Virus record (IMG/VR): IMGVR_UViG_3300045116_000020
Coordinates: 1 to 39,577 of that record
Strand: one strand, 5' to 3'
Length of the DNA stretch: 39,577 nucleotides
Source of the DNA: a virus
Taxonomy: Duplodnaviria > Caudoviricetes
Part shown: positions 9,438 to 17,222 of the stretch, piece after piece
Layout: each line of letters starts with the position of its first letter
Numbering within the stretch: position 1 is the stretch's first letter
Notes under the pieces: model-generated
Told to the model about the DNA's origin: nothing
The model's input: only the letters and a program-made list of their open reading frames with translations
The model's database searches: none
Made by a program: the position numbers and the translations under genes

Positions 9438-10193
9438 TTACAGAATTGTAAAAACCTTCTCTGCGGGCTTCAGCCACTCCGGCCACTTGCGATTACCATC
9501 TCCACCCGTCCACCGGGCATGAATCCCGTCGAGGTCATACGTCGGCTCCGTGACCGACCAAGACGCGCTCGGATAAAGCTCGCAGAGTTTCTCCGCCATC
9601 TTCTCAAACTCACCTCCGTACACCGAAGGGATCGTGATCACCACTGAGTGACGACGAAGCCCCAGCCTACTCAAGGCGGCAGCGTACCGCTCCGTCATGT
9701 GCTCCTGAGCGATCCTCACAGGATTTTTCGGTTTCTTGAAGTAGTAGGTGCCATCATTGGTCTTGACCTTGTCCTTGCCTGTGATCAACAAGGCAGCCTT
9801 CATCCTCTGGCGCAGCCACTCAATACCGTTCTTCACCGACGATTTTCGAGCCTTGAACATCTTCTCCCTCTGTTCGAGGTAATCCTGCTGTCCTTTCCAG
9901 TAATCGAGCAACCCCTTGCAGTTGTCCATCTTTTGCTCGATCTTGATATTCACCGCGTCCAGCAGATCGCCAAGCTCCTCAAGTCCGCCCGACTCGATCA
10001 GCGCGTCCTCGACCTGCCGGTACAGATCGAGCGCCTCACTGAGCGTTGGGTTGTTATTCTTGTCGTCCCATGCCATGATCTTCATCATGAGCGTCACCGT
10101 CTCGGGCTGCGCTGTGGACGCGATCAACTCGCCCGGTGCCAGCATCGCAGCGTCGGGCGCTTCATCAAACAAGTCTTGCATTTTGCGATTCAT
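9438..10193 (-). CDS. Siphovirus Gp157-like coiled-coil protein
   Basis: KIEQKMDN...KARKSSVKNGIEWLRQRMKAALLITGKDKVKT pattern; start set at ATG 10193 because the upstream part of the ORF-track call is occupied by another gene. Confidence 0.65.
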   Translation of the reverse strand: MNRKMQDLFDEAPDAAMLAPGELIASTAQPETVTLMMKIMAWDDKNNNPTLSEALDLYRQVEDALIESGGLEELGDLLDAVNIKIEQKMDNCKGLLDYWKGQQDYLEQREKMFKARKSSVKNGIEWLRQRMKAALLITGKDKVKTNDGTYYFKKPKNPVRIAQEHMTERYAAALSRLGLRRHSVVITIPSVYGGEFEKMAEKLCELYPSASWSVTEPTYDLDGIHARWTGGDGNRKWPEWLKPAEKVFTIL

Positions 10194-10233
10194 GGTCGTA
10201 ACTTGATTAAGTCGTTGTGTTGGTATTCTCCGG

Positions 10234-10413
10234 TCAGTTCCCGCTGGCCAGTTTTTTTTCTTCATCGATTTTGGCCCTATCCTTCCACCCGGAGGTGTTC
10301 CCTTGCTTCCATCCTTTCGTATCGCATAGACACGTAGAACAAGGGTCTCGATGCGAATTCGTGTTGCAATCGGAGCAGTTCGAGCACGACTTTTTATCAT
10401 CCTGGTTACTCAT
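10234..10413 (-). CDS. Small Cys-rich protein (59 aa), missed by the ORF track
   Basis: MSNQDDKKSCSNCSDCNTNSHRDPCSTCLCDTKGWKQGNTSGWKDRAKIDEEKKLASGN*; strong GAGGAGG RBS overlapping the end of the upstream ORF. Confidence 0.7.
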   Translation of the reverse strand: MSNQDDKKSCSNCSDCNTNSHRDPCSTCLCDTKGWKQGNTSGWKDRAKIDEEKKLASGN

Positions 10414-10417
10414 ATCA

Positions 10418-10666
10418 TTACCTCCTCACAATGATCCCGTGCTGGTCAACCTCCCACCCAGAAGGGAGTTCTTTAGATTCAGAAGCACAGCCAACATTAT
10501 TATCGTCTCGCTGAAACCGAGTTGATATTGCTGTCCTGCTTCTGATTTCCTCTGCTGTCGGAACAGACAGCTCCCAACACGCCACAGGAAGTGTTTTTGG
10601 AAATACTTTTGCGATAGCCTCCAATAGCAATAATCCAATCCCAGAATGCTTTGCTGAATTGTTCAT
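10418..10666 (-). CDS. Hypothetical protein (82 aa)
   Basis: AAGGAG RBS upstream of the ATG; fits operon packing. Confidence 0.6.
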   Translation of the reverse strand: MNNSAKHSGIGLLLLEAIAKVFPKTLPVACWELSVPTAEEIRSRTAISTRFQRDDNNVGCASESKELPSGWEVDQHGIIVRR

Positions 10667-10693
10667 AACGACTCCTTTTTTTAAATTGATAAA

Positions 10694-10981
10694 TCAACCT
10701 TTTGACTCTCTCGTCAACCGCATACTCGCCAGCTTCGACAACGCCTTCGCCCCAATTGCAGACGAGCAAAATGCATCGAGATCGACCTTCCGAAACCTTC
10801 GGTCACGTCCAACCCGAAAGCACGGGATTGCTCCATAATCAGCCATCCCTCTCAGCCATCCCGCATCACACTTCATGTAGGCCGCGGCTTCTGGCGTGGT
10901 AAATATCACCAGGCTCGCAAGACACCGAACCTCATCGCGGAGCTGCCGAACCTCAGAAAGAAGTATTTCGGCGTCGGTCAT
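10694..10981 (-). CDS. xis: Excisionase-like MerR/HTH_17 DNA-binding protein
   Basis: [10 protein letters not shown]...[22 protein letters not shown] winged-helix pattern; ATGA overlap with the upstream gene. Confidence 0.8.
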   Translation of the reverse strand: MTDAEILLSEVRQLRDEVRCLASLVIFTTPEAAAYMKCDAGWLRGMADYGAIPCFRVGRDRRFRKVDLDAFCSSAIGAKALSKLASMRLTRESKG

Positions 10982-11883
10982 TTCGGCTCCTCGACTTCGA
11001 GTCTCGCCCCACTGAGATTTGCCCCACTGAGATTTGCCCCGCTGAGATTTGCCCCGCTGAGATTTGCCCCACTGAGGTCTGCCCCACTGAGGTCTGCATC
11101 ACTGAGCTTTGCCCCGCTGAGATTTGCCCCACTGAGGTCTGCCCCACTGAGGTCTGCCCCACTGAGGTCTGCCCCACTGAGGTCTGCCCCACTGAGGTCT
11201 GCCCCACTGAGATTTGCCCCGCTGAGATTTGCCCCACTGAGGTCTGCCCCACTGAGGTCTGCCCCACTGAGGTCTGCCCCAATGAGATTTGCCCCGCTGA
11301 GATTTGCCCAACTGAGATTTGCCCATCTGAGGTCTGCCCCACTGAGATTTGCCCCACTGAGATTTGCCCCGCTGAGATTTGCCCAACTGAGATTTGCCCA
11401 TCTGAGGTCTGCCCCACTGAGATTTGCCCCACTGAGATTTGCCCCGCTGAGATTTGCCCCACTGAGATTTGCCCCGCTGAGATTTGCCCAACTGAGATTT
11501 GCCCATCTGAGGTCTGCCCCACTGAGATTTGCCCCACTGAGATTTGCCCCGCTGAGATTTGCCCCACTGAGATTTGCCCCGCTGAGATTTGCCCAACTGA
11601 GATTTGCCCCACTGAGATTTGCCCCGCTGAGATTTGCCCCACTGAGATTTGCCCCGCTGAGATTTGCCCAACTGAGATTTGCCCATCTGAGGTCTGCCCC
11701 ACTGAGATTTGCCCCACTGAGATTTGCCCCGCTGAGATTTGCCCAACTGAGATTTGCCCCACTGAGATTTGCCCCACTGAGGTCTGCATCACTGAGGTCA
11801 ACTTCAACCTCCTGATTCTCTTTGCGCCACTCGTTCCATTCCTCAACGCCTTCGTTGAGCTTATCGAAATGCGCCTGATTCAT
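10978..11883 (-). CDS. Long pentapeptide-repeat protein (about 53 repeats)
   Basis: Cap [19 protein letters not shown] followed by uninterrupted A(N/D)LS(G/W) repeats; ATGA-coupled at both ends. Confidence 0.9.
   Translation of the reverse strand: MNQAHFDKLNEGVEEWNEWRKENQEVEVDLSDADLSGANLSGANLSWANLSGANLSGANLSGADLRWANLSWANLSGANLSGANLSGANLSGANLSWANLSGANLSGANLSGANLSGANLSGADLRWANLSWANLSGANLSGANLSGANLSGANLSGADLRWANLSWANLSGANLSGANLSGADLRWANLSWANLSGANLIGADLSGADLSGADLSGANLSGANLSGADLSGADLSGADLSGADLSGADLSGANLSGAKLSDADLSGADLSGANLSGANLSGANLSGANLSGARLEVEEPK
11006..11799. repeat. Near-perfect 15-bp tandem repeat array (consensus GCCCCRCTGAGRTYT)
   Basis: Directly visible tandem units across about 800 bp. 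Confidence 0.97.
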
Positions 11884-12161
11884 GATTCTGCCTCCTGCTT
11901 TTGTTTTAATTGCTGAACTTTTTGCATCTTTTTTCGGTACTTCTTTTTTCCTTTTGAGGTCTCTTGTTCGCGCTCAAGCTGTACCTGTGCGCACAAATCA
12001 AGAGCCTCAAGCTCGATGGCGCTCTTTCCCCGTCTTACGCGCCCTCGGAAGGCGGCCTCGCTGATCGTCACATCCGGAGCCGCCTCCCTGTAGCGCTTCA
12101 ACGCCTCAGGGATCACCCCTTTGGAAAACCGCCGTTTCACGCTTTTATCATTGCTGGTCAT
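11880..12161 (-). CDS. Cro-like / first early gene (putative DNA-binding protein)
   Basis: Divergent from the CI-like gene; basic; possible helix-turn-helix [13 protein letters not shown]. Confidence 0.5.
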   Translation of the reverse strand: MTSNDKSVKRRFSKGVIPEALKRYREAAPDVTISEAAFRGRVRRGKSAIELEALDLCAQVQLEREQETSKGKKKYRKKMQKVQQLKQKQEAES

Positions 12162-12217
12162 GCTGTTACTTTTTGGCTCTATTGCGTATTCTATGTGTCA
12201 TTGTTGCGTCCTGATTA

Positions 12218-12271
12218 ATAGTAAAGAATTTCTTGATTAAAAACAAGCGTCAATCAATTTTTTATTGACCA
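12218..12271. promoter_or_regulatory. Lysis/lysogeny switch: leftward promoter and two operator-like palindromes
   Basis: Minus-strand TTGTTT-N17-TACTAT (12246-12218); imperfect 21-bp palindromes TAGTAAAGAATTTCTTGATTA (12219-12239) and CAATCAATTTTTTATTGACCA (12251-12271). Confidence 0.5.
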
Positions 12272-12285
12272 AAAAAGGAGAACCT

Positions 12286-13050
12286 ATGATCTACACAGAA
12301 ATCCTTGACCGGCTGAAGTATTATTATAAAATCAATGACGATAAGGATTTAGCTCGAATTCTTGGAGTCAGTTCGGCGGTAATGTCAAACTGGAGAACGG
12401 GGAAAAATGACCCTGACCTGTCAAGAATCATAAAAAAAGCCATTGAAGATCAAGTAAATCTTGATTGGCTTTTTTGTGTAAATGCAAATAGTATTTGGCC
12501 TGACGCCGAGAGCGAGGCCGTATTGCGCGCGGAGGCGGCGAAGGTGCAGCTTCTGATAGATCGGGGGATGGTGAGGCTGCCTGCGCTGTCGAGCGTGACT
12601 GCGTTCATGGCGCTGCCCGGCGCTTCAGTGATGGATGGAGAGGGCGGTGGAGAGCTTGATGCAGTGGAGGTTCCGCACTACGTCCACCGGGTTGCCGCTG
12701 GTCTGCCTGCCGACTCCACAGGGCCAGCAGAACGCATCGTGCCACCATCAATGCTGGTGAAGCATCCGAAAGACACCTACGCAGTGACCGTGAGCGGCGA
12801 CAGCATGACCGGCTCGGGCATCGAGGAAGGGGATGTTCTGGTTGTGGATCGAGCGATTGAACCAAAGGACAAGGGCATCGTCGTGGCCAGCATCAACGGA
12901 GAGCAGACGGTGAAGCGATTGAAGATCACTGGGGAAGGGGTTTCACTCATGCCGGAGAATCACAAATACCAAGAAATGCCGATCACGCCCGAAATGGACT
13001 TCTTGGCGCTCGGCGTCGTAGTGTGGGTGATAAGAAGGGCGAATGGATAA
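12286..13050 (+). CDS. cI: CI/LexA-like repressor: N-terminal HTH plus S24 autopeptidase
   Basis: DKDLARILGVSSAVMSNWR HTH; VAAG cleavage site, GDSM catalytic Ser, TVKR catalytic Lys; AAGGAG RBS before ATG 12286. Confidence 0.92.
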   Translation: MIYTEILDRLKYYYKINDDKDLARILGVSSAVMSNWRTGKNDPDLSRIIKKAIEDQVNLDWLFCVNANSIWPDAESEAVLRAEAAKVQLLIDRGMVRLPALSSVTAFMALPGASVMDGEGGGELDAVEVPHYVHRVAAGLPADSTGPAERIVPPSMLVKHPKDTYAVTVSGDSMTGSGIEEGDVLVVDRAIEPKDKGIVVASINGEQTVKRLKITGEGVSLMPENHKYQEMPITPEMDFLALGVVVWVIRRANG

Positions 13051-13156
13051 ACGGAAAGCCGCAGAGACGATTTTTCTGTGAACCTTCACGCTCTGCGCTT
13101 CGCAATAAAAAACCACGCAATTGCAAAAAGAGACGATCCGACGTATTGACACAAAA

Positions 13157-13540
13157 TCATCTGCTTCTTGTTTCAATTATCAAATCAGGGCGCTCCGGCC
13201 AATCATTTGGCTTTCCGTATTGTGCAAGACGATTGTTGAAAAAATAGAACCATTCTGGATGCGACTCCATACCCGTCCACTCGTTCCTGCTTGTGCTCTG
13301 ACCAGTTGGCAAAAAATGATATTCTGCGACGCCTACCTCAAGAACCTCGACAACCCCACCAGGATACTGACGCGCACCTCTTGGTACGGCATCCTGAAAT
13401 ATCTCATAAAATTGCCCCTTGGTCATCCCTATAGAGACCGAACGAGATTTTGCATAAAAATCATTTTTTGATATACCTTGAGTTGCGCATCCGGTGATGG
13501 ATGTCAACAGAATCGCAAATGCAAGAATAATACTTTTCAT
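13157..13540 (-). CDS. Lipoprotein moron (possible superinfection exclusion / envelope protein)
   Basis: MKSIILAFAILLTSITGC signal peptide with lipobox Cys; SIGMTKGQF...WFYFFNNRLAQYG BamE/SmpA-like pattern; AT-richer than neighbours; between int and cI. Confidence 0.7.
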   Translation of the reverse strand: MKSIILAFAILLTSITGCATQGISKNDFYAKSRSVSIGMTKGQFYEIFQDAVPRGARQYPGGVVEVLEVGVAEYHFLPTGQSTSRNEWTGMESHPEWFYFFNNRLAQYGKPNDWPERPDLIIETRSR

Positions 13541-13558
13541 AATGATGGTGATTGGTGT

Positions 13559-13669
13559 AAAAAAAATGGGCATTCCGTGGCGTCCGGCTGGCTGGCTCCG
13601 TTGAAAGCTCAGGTTCACCCCGTCACGGTCACGGGTAACGCCTCTTTCTGTCAACCGGCATCTTGCCCA
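13559..13669 (-). ncRNA. Putative structured RNA (rod-like hairpin ending in U8)
   Basis: Five nested complementary segments between 13567 and 13669 followed by T8 on the minus strand. Confidence 0.5.
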
Positions 13670-13709
13670 ATGGCTACAAGCCAATGGCGAAAAATACAAA
13701 ATCTTCCCG

Positions 13710-14816
13710 TCAAACCAGACCCTCAATAACAATCCGCTCTGCCGCCTGCTTTACCGATCCGCCCATCACTTCAGCGTAAATCTCCGTCGTCTTGACCGTG
13801 CTGTGATCGAGCATGTCAGAAATGACAGGCAACGGCGTGCCAGCGTCAAGATGGAGCGTCGCGAAGGTGTGCCGCAGGCAGTGCATGTGCAGATGCTTGT
13901 CAATGCCCGCGTCCGACGCCCACCGACGAAGCTGCTCGTTGAGATGGTCTTGCGCGATGATGTGCGGGAATACCCGTCCTGTTCCTCGCTGACCGATGAT
14001 CTTCCGGGCCTGCGCGGGCATTGGCCGCGTTTTGGACTTTTTTGTCTTGCGTTGGTAGTAGGTCATGGTCGCCGATCCGTCCGGCATGTCCTTGATGCCG
14101 ACCCACTCAAGCTCTCTAATTTCCGACGTTCTCAGGCCGGTGATGGCCGCGAAGAAAACGACAGGGCGAATACCCGGGTTTTTTGTCGGTGTCCGAATGA
14201 GGCGCGTCAACTCGTCGAGTGTCAGATATTCGATTTTGGCGCGAGGCCCCATCGGGATAGAGTCAAATCGCTCATTCAGATTTTCGCGCAACAACCCCTC
14301 CTTGTAGGCTCGTCGAAGCCCAGACCTGAAATAGGCAAGGTGATGGCTTGCCGTGGCCTGCTTCCACTCTCCAGCGCTGACCTTGCCAATCAGGAACTCT
14401 CGAACCGCGATGCAGTGCCGAGCGTCGAGCTTGCATATCGGCACATTTGCCCCGGACTCGGCAACAAGAGCCGCCATTCTCCTCCAGCCGTCAACAGTGG
14501 ACTTTGCCTTACCCTTCGTCCGAGAAAGCAGGTAATCGCACAACTGCATATCCGCAGAGTCGTTCAGAAACCCAAACGCCCCGGCCTGCACATCGAGGTG
14601 CCTCCGCGCCCTGACAATCTCCGCGACTTCCAGAGTATCTCTGTTGTGCGCCTTCTGTGCTGCCGTCAGCCGCCGTGTCTCTCCGCCATAGAGAAATATG
14701 CCAAGCGGCTCCCTGCGCGTCATCTTCCCGCCAGAAGTCATGACTGGTTTCGAATACTGAAGGTAAAGACCGACGCGCCCGCCGGCATGGGGGCGCTTAA
14801 GGATGGAAACTTTCAC
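13710..14816 (-). CDS. int: Tyrosine integrase
   Basis: Catalytic residues TGLR, QRKT, HCLRH, LDHS, TEIY; N-terminal arm-binding region (LYLQY...RREPLGIFL) of Bacteroidota/Chlorobi style. Confidence 0.95.
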   Translation of the reverse strand: MKVSILKRPHAGGRVGLYLQYSKPVMTSGGKMTRREPLGIFLYGGETRRLTAAQKAHNRDTLEVAEIVRARRHLDVQAGAFGFLNDSADMQLCDYLLSRTKGKAKSTVDGWRRMAALVAESGANVPICKLDARHCIAVREFLIGKVSAGEWKQATASHHLAYFRSGLRRAYKEGLLRENLNERFDSIPMGPRAKIEYLTLDELTRLIRTPTKNPGIRPVVFFAAITGLRTSEIRELEWVGIKDMPDGSATMTYYQRKTKKSKTRPMPAQARKIIGQRGTGRVFPHIIAQDHLNEQLRRWASDAGIDKHLHMHCLRHTFATLHLDAGTPLPVISDMLDHSTVKTTEIYAEVMGGSVKQAAERIVIEGLV

Positions 14817-14837
14817 GGAACAGGAATTGTGTCGTCA

Positions 14838-15065
14838 TGGATCGGCTATGGATCATGATAACACAAAATAAACAAGAATTCAACCTGGCCGTATTCGGTG
14901 TAATGTCCCGCAAGTTGCGGCTTAACCTAATCATACAGAATTGTAGCCGCGCCTATTGTGGGACTTCGTTATTCTTCCCGCACATGAAACCAGAGTAAAC
15001 AAGTCATTATTTAATAATACCTTACAAATCAATATCTGATTTCGTGGATCGTATATGGATCGTGA
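14838..15065. other. attP: core encoding a LysS-like C-terminus flanked by arm-type direct repeats
   Basis: 14969-14998 reads TTA TTC TTC CCG CAC ATG AAA CCA GAG TAA (LFFPHMKPE*); repeats TGGATCGGCTATGGATCATGA (14838-14858) and TGGATCGTATATGGATCGTGA (15045-15065). Confidence 0.72.
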
Positions 15066-15066
15066 G

Positions 15067-15104
15067 ACACAAAAAAAGGCGCTTTTCAGCGCCTTTTTTT
15101 GTGT
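15067..15104. terminator. Bidirectional intrinsic terminator
   Basis: Perfect 17-bp inverted repeat ACACAAAAAAAGGCGCT-TTTC-AGCGCCTTTTTTTGTGT. Confidence 0.9.
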
Positions 15105-15134
15105 TCTGTGACCACCACCGTCAACGACCGGTTT

Positions 15135-15536
15135 TCAACCCCCCTCTGTTTTGGTCTTCCTGTTGAATAACCACCTCAATCCGAACGTTGCGGCAATCAC
15201 CCCGATGAACGACGTCTGGAACCAGACCGGCGCTTTGCCCAGGTAATCCCATCCGCGCACAACAGAATCCTGAACGCCAGGCACAAAGCTACCGATAACC
15301 GGCAGGCTCAAAAGGATGGTCAGGTACTCATCCTTCCAACTTGAAACCTGCCCACTAAGGGCGGCAAGGTCATAATCGGTCTCCGCCTTCTGGTCGGCCA
15401 TTTCGAGATCGGCCAGATGCTCCATCTTTTTCAGATCGATTTCAAGCTGCTTCTCCTGCTTGGCCTTCTTGTTGTCAATGAGGCCCTTCACCAAGCCGAA
15501 ACCGCCGGTGACAATATCCAGTACGGGAATACCCAT
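15135..15536 (-). CDS. Putative holin (3TM-holin-like)
   Basis: SSWKDEYLTILLSLP motif, two hydrophobic C-terminal helices and a basic tail; coupled to the endolysin. Confidence 0.7.
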   Translation of the reverse strand: MGIPVLDIVTGGFGLVKGLIDNKKAKQEKQLEIDLKKMEHLADLEMADQKAETDYDLAALSGQVSSWKDEYLTILLSLPVIGSFVPGVQDSVVRGWDYLGKAPVWFQTSFIGVIAATFGLRWLFNRKTKTEGG

Positions 15537-15988
15537 TATACTCTCTCCATGAATAGTTTACGTTCAGCTTCACGTCTTTTCACAAGTCCCGGCAGCACAT
15601 GCCCGCCCCCACGAATCCATTTCTCGAACTCGTCAGCTGCTCGCGCGAAATGTCCCTGATTTATGAGCTTGAGCAGCGTGCTGGTGCGAAGGTTCTGGAT
15701 GCCAACGTTGTAGGCGAAATCAACTAGGGCATCGAACTGGTTCTGGCTCAGTTCGACAGTAACGTGCCGGTTGACAGCCGCTTCATACTCCCTGAGCGTC
15801 GCCCGAAGAATCTCTTCTCCTTGCTCTCGGTTAATCGGGGGGTCAGCAAGTGTAATGGCAAGCCCATTCGGGTAACGGGTCGAGCCAAACCCAATGGTGG
15901 GCACTTTTGCTGGACAGAGGTAAGGATGGGATTTAAAGCCCTCGAACTCCTCGATGAGCCTAATCAACTCTCCTGATACGGTTTTCAT
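15536..15988 (-). CDS. Endolysin, GH24 lysozyme
   Basis: FEGF...YLCPAKVPTIGFGST catalytic region, QNQFDALVDFAYNVG, LPGLVKRREAERKLF. Confidence 0.95.
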   Translation of the reverse strand: MKTVSGELIRLIEEFEGFKSHPYLCPAKVPTIGFGSTRYPNGLAITLADPPINREQGEEILRATLREYEAAVNRHVTVELSQNQFDALVDFAYNVGIQNLRTSTLLKLINQGHFARAADEFEKWIRGGGHVLPGLVKRREAERKLFMERV

Positions 15989-16030
15989 TTATTTTTCGCC
16001 GCATGGACGCCTTATTATTATAGAAAAAAC

Positions 16031-16975
16031 TTATGCCGCTCTCTTTGCTGCACAGGCAGTGATTCGAACGTCAGTTACCGCCGCACTGAGCTGCGCAGTC
16101 CAGTTACTGTTCGCAGTCGTCTGGAGAAAAGGCAGGTCTGACAGGTCAAATATATTGGTTTCCGCCGCTGCCAGATTGATCGACATAACAACAGCCCCGG
16201 CTGATGCTGAACGAAAATCGATCCGAACTCCGGTGGCTGACGTGTTGGTAAGAATGATCCACGAGAGATCAAGAAATATTCCTGCCCCAGCTGCTGCCAG
16301 AATTGTTGTCTCGGTCGTTGTTGTAAGGGTTATCATAGCGCCGGTTGCAATCATCAAGCGTGAAGCCAATGGCACCATTACCTGCTTTCCAAGAGTATCG
16401 ACATAAATATCAGCTCGGTCACCGGTTGTAACTGCGGTAGGATCAGTGGTATAAGCTTTGCCTCCGATCTTGACCGGGTTTCCGGAATCTGCGGTATCAT
16501 GAGCAACGGTTCCTGCTGTTGTTACGGTGCCGCTGATAGTGGCCGTTACGGAACCACTCCCGATATTGATTGTCGAGTTAATGAACAATGCCGACAGCGC
16601 AATCGACGAAAAACGAATAATGCCGATGGCTATTCCGGATGCGAAGGCGGTCATCCTGACACGCAGATATTTAGTGCTCAGTGGTATCAGAAAAATCCCG
16701 ACACCCGTCGCAGTGGTTACAATGGCACCGCCGGCCACAGGAACAGCAGCGAGAGAAACCCATGACACCCCATCAATGGAGCATTGAAAGGTGATCGTTC
16801 CAACAAATGTTCCCGTAATCTGAAGCACGGCTTCACGAAACGTTGAAACATCGACCATAGGAATAAGGTCATCATTGAGTGCGTTTGCCGTGAATCCGTC
16901 ATATTCAGCCATCAGTCGTAATGCCTCCGAAGTATTATCGGATTTCAGCGGTGATCCGGGTGGAAATTGTGCCAT
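16031..16975 (-). CDS. Beta-rich Ala/Thr/Gly-rich protein, probably structural
   Basis: ORF from ATG 16975 (MAQFPPGS...); alternating beta-strand pattern in two apparent domains; no family recognised. Confidence 0.65.
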   Translation of the reverse strand: MAQFPPGSPLKSDNTSEALRLMAEYDGFTANALNDDLIPMVDVSTFREAVLQITGTFVGTITFQCSIDGVSWVSLAAVPVAGGAIVTTATGVGIFLIPLSTKYLRVRMTAFASGIAIGIIRFSSIALSALFINSTINIGSGSVTATISGTVTTAGTVAHDTADSGNPVKIGGKAYTTDPTAVTTGDRADIYVDTLGKQVMVPLASRLMIATGAMITLTTTTETTILAAAGAGIFLDLSWIILTNTSATGVRIDFRSASAGAVVMSINLAAAETNIFDLSDLPFLQTTANSNWTAQLSAAVTDVRITACAAKRAA

Positions 16976-17000
16976 GTTTGCTTCGTTATGTTTGATTTTA

Positions 17001-17222
17001 TCAGTCTTTACAGTGGATGGCTTTGTGAGCGCCAACGAGTGAGTGCAGGATTCGCTCTGCATCGGTAATGCGGCCATGCAGTACCTTCAGTTCTTCGGTC
17101 ATCGTCTTTGTCTGCTCCGACTGCGAGTCAATATATCGTGTCGCGCTCCAGGTGAAGTAAAGCCACCCCGCACCGAATATGACCTGAACGATGTCTATGT
17201 GATCAATCCATGACGGTGTCAT
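17001..17222 (-). CDS. Small membrane protein (one TM helix plus coiled coil; holin/antiholin-like)
   Basis: IVQVIFGAGWLYFTW hydrophobic helix followed by a heptad pattern; TAATG coupling with the upstream gene. Confidence 0.6.
   Translation of the reverse strand: MTPSWIDHIDIVQVIFGAGWLYFTWSATRYIDSQSEQTKTMTEELKVLHGRITDAERILHSLVGAHKAIHCKD

Noticed and set aside
10194-10400. N-terminal extension of ORF 9438..10400
   Set aside because: It overlaps a better-supported Cys-rich ORF with a strong RBS; ATG 10193 is preferred.
11006-11799. Possible CRISPR array
   Set aside because: The units are contiguous with no unique spacers, they are protein-coding, and no cas genes are present.
10953-11846. 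Alternative-frame ORFs over the repeat array (GQISV, GKSQW and RFAPL repeats)
   Set aside because: These are by-products of a stop-free 15-bp unit. Only the A(N/D)LSG frame has a proper cap and coupled start and stop.
9117-11883. Diversity-generating retroelement (template/variable repeat pair)
   Set aside because: There is no reverse transcriptase ORF, and the differences between copies are not adenine-specific.
13056-13101. Hairpin CGCAGAG/CTCTGCG between cI and the lipoprotein gene as a terminator
   Set aside because: It has a large irregular loop and no adjacent U-tract in either direction, so support is too weak.
13567-13669. SRP (4.5S) or 6S RNA
   Set aside because: It lacks the SRP GGAA-tetraloop domain IV motif and is too short for a typical 6S RNA. 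It is kept only as an unnamed structure.
14817-15134. tRNA or tmRNA fragment as the att core
   Set aside because: No TTCGA T-loop or CCA-type 3' end is visible; the LysS-like tail fits better.
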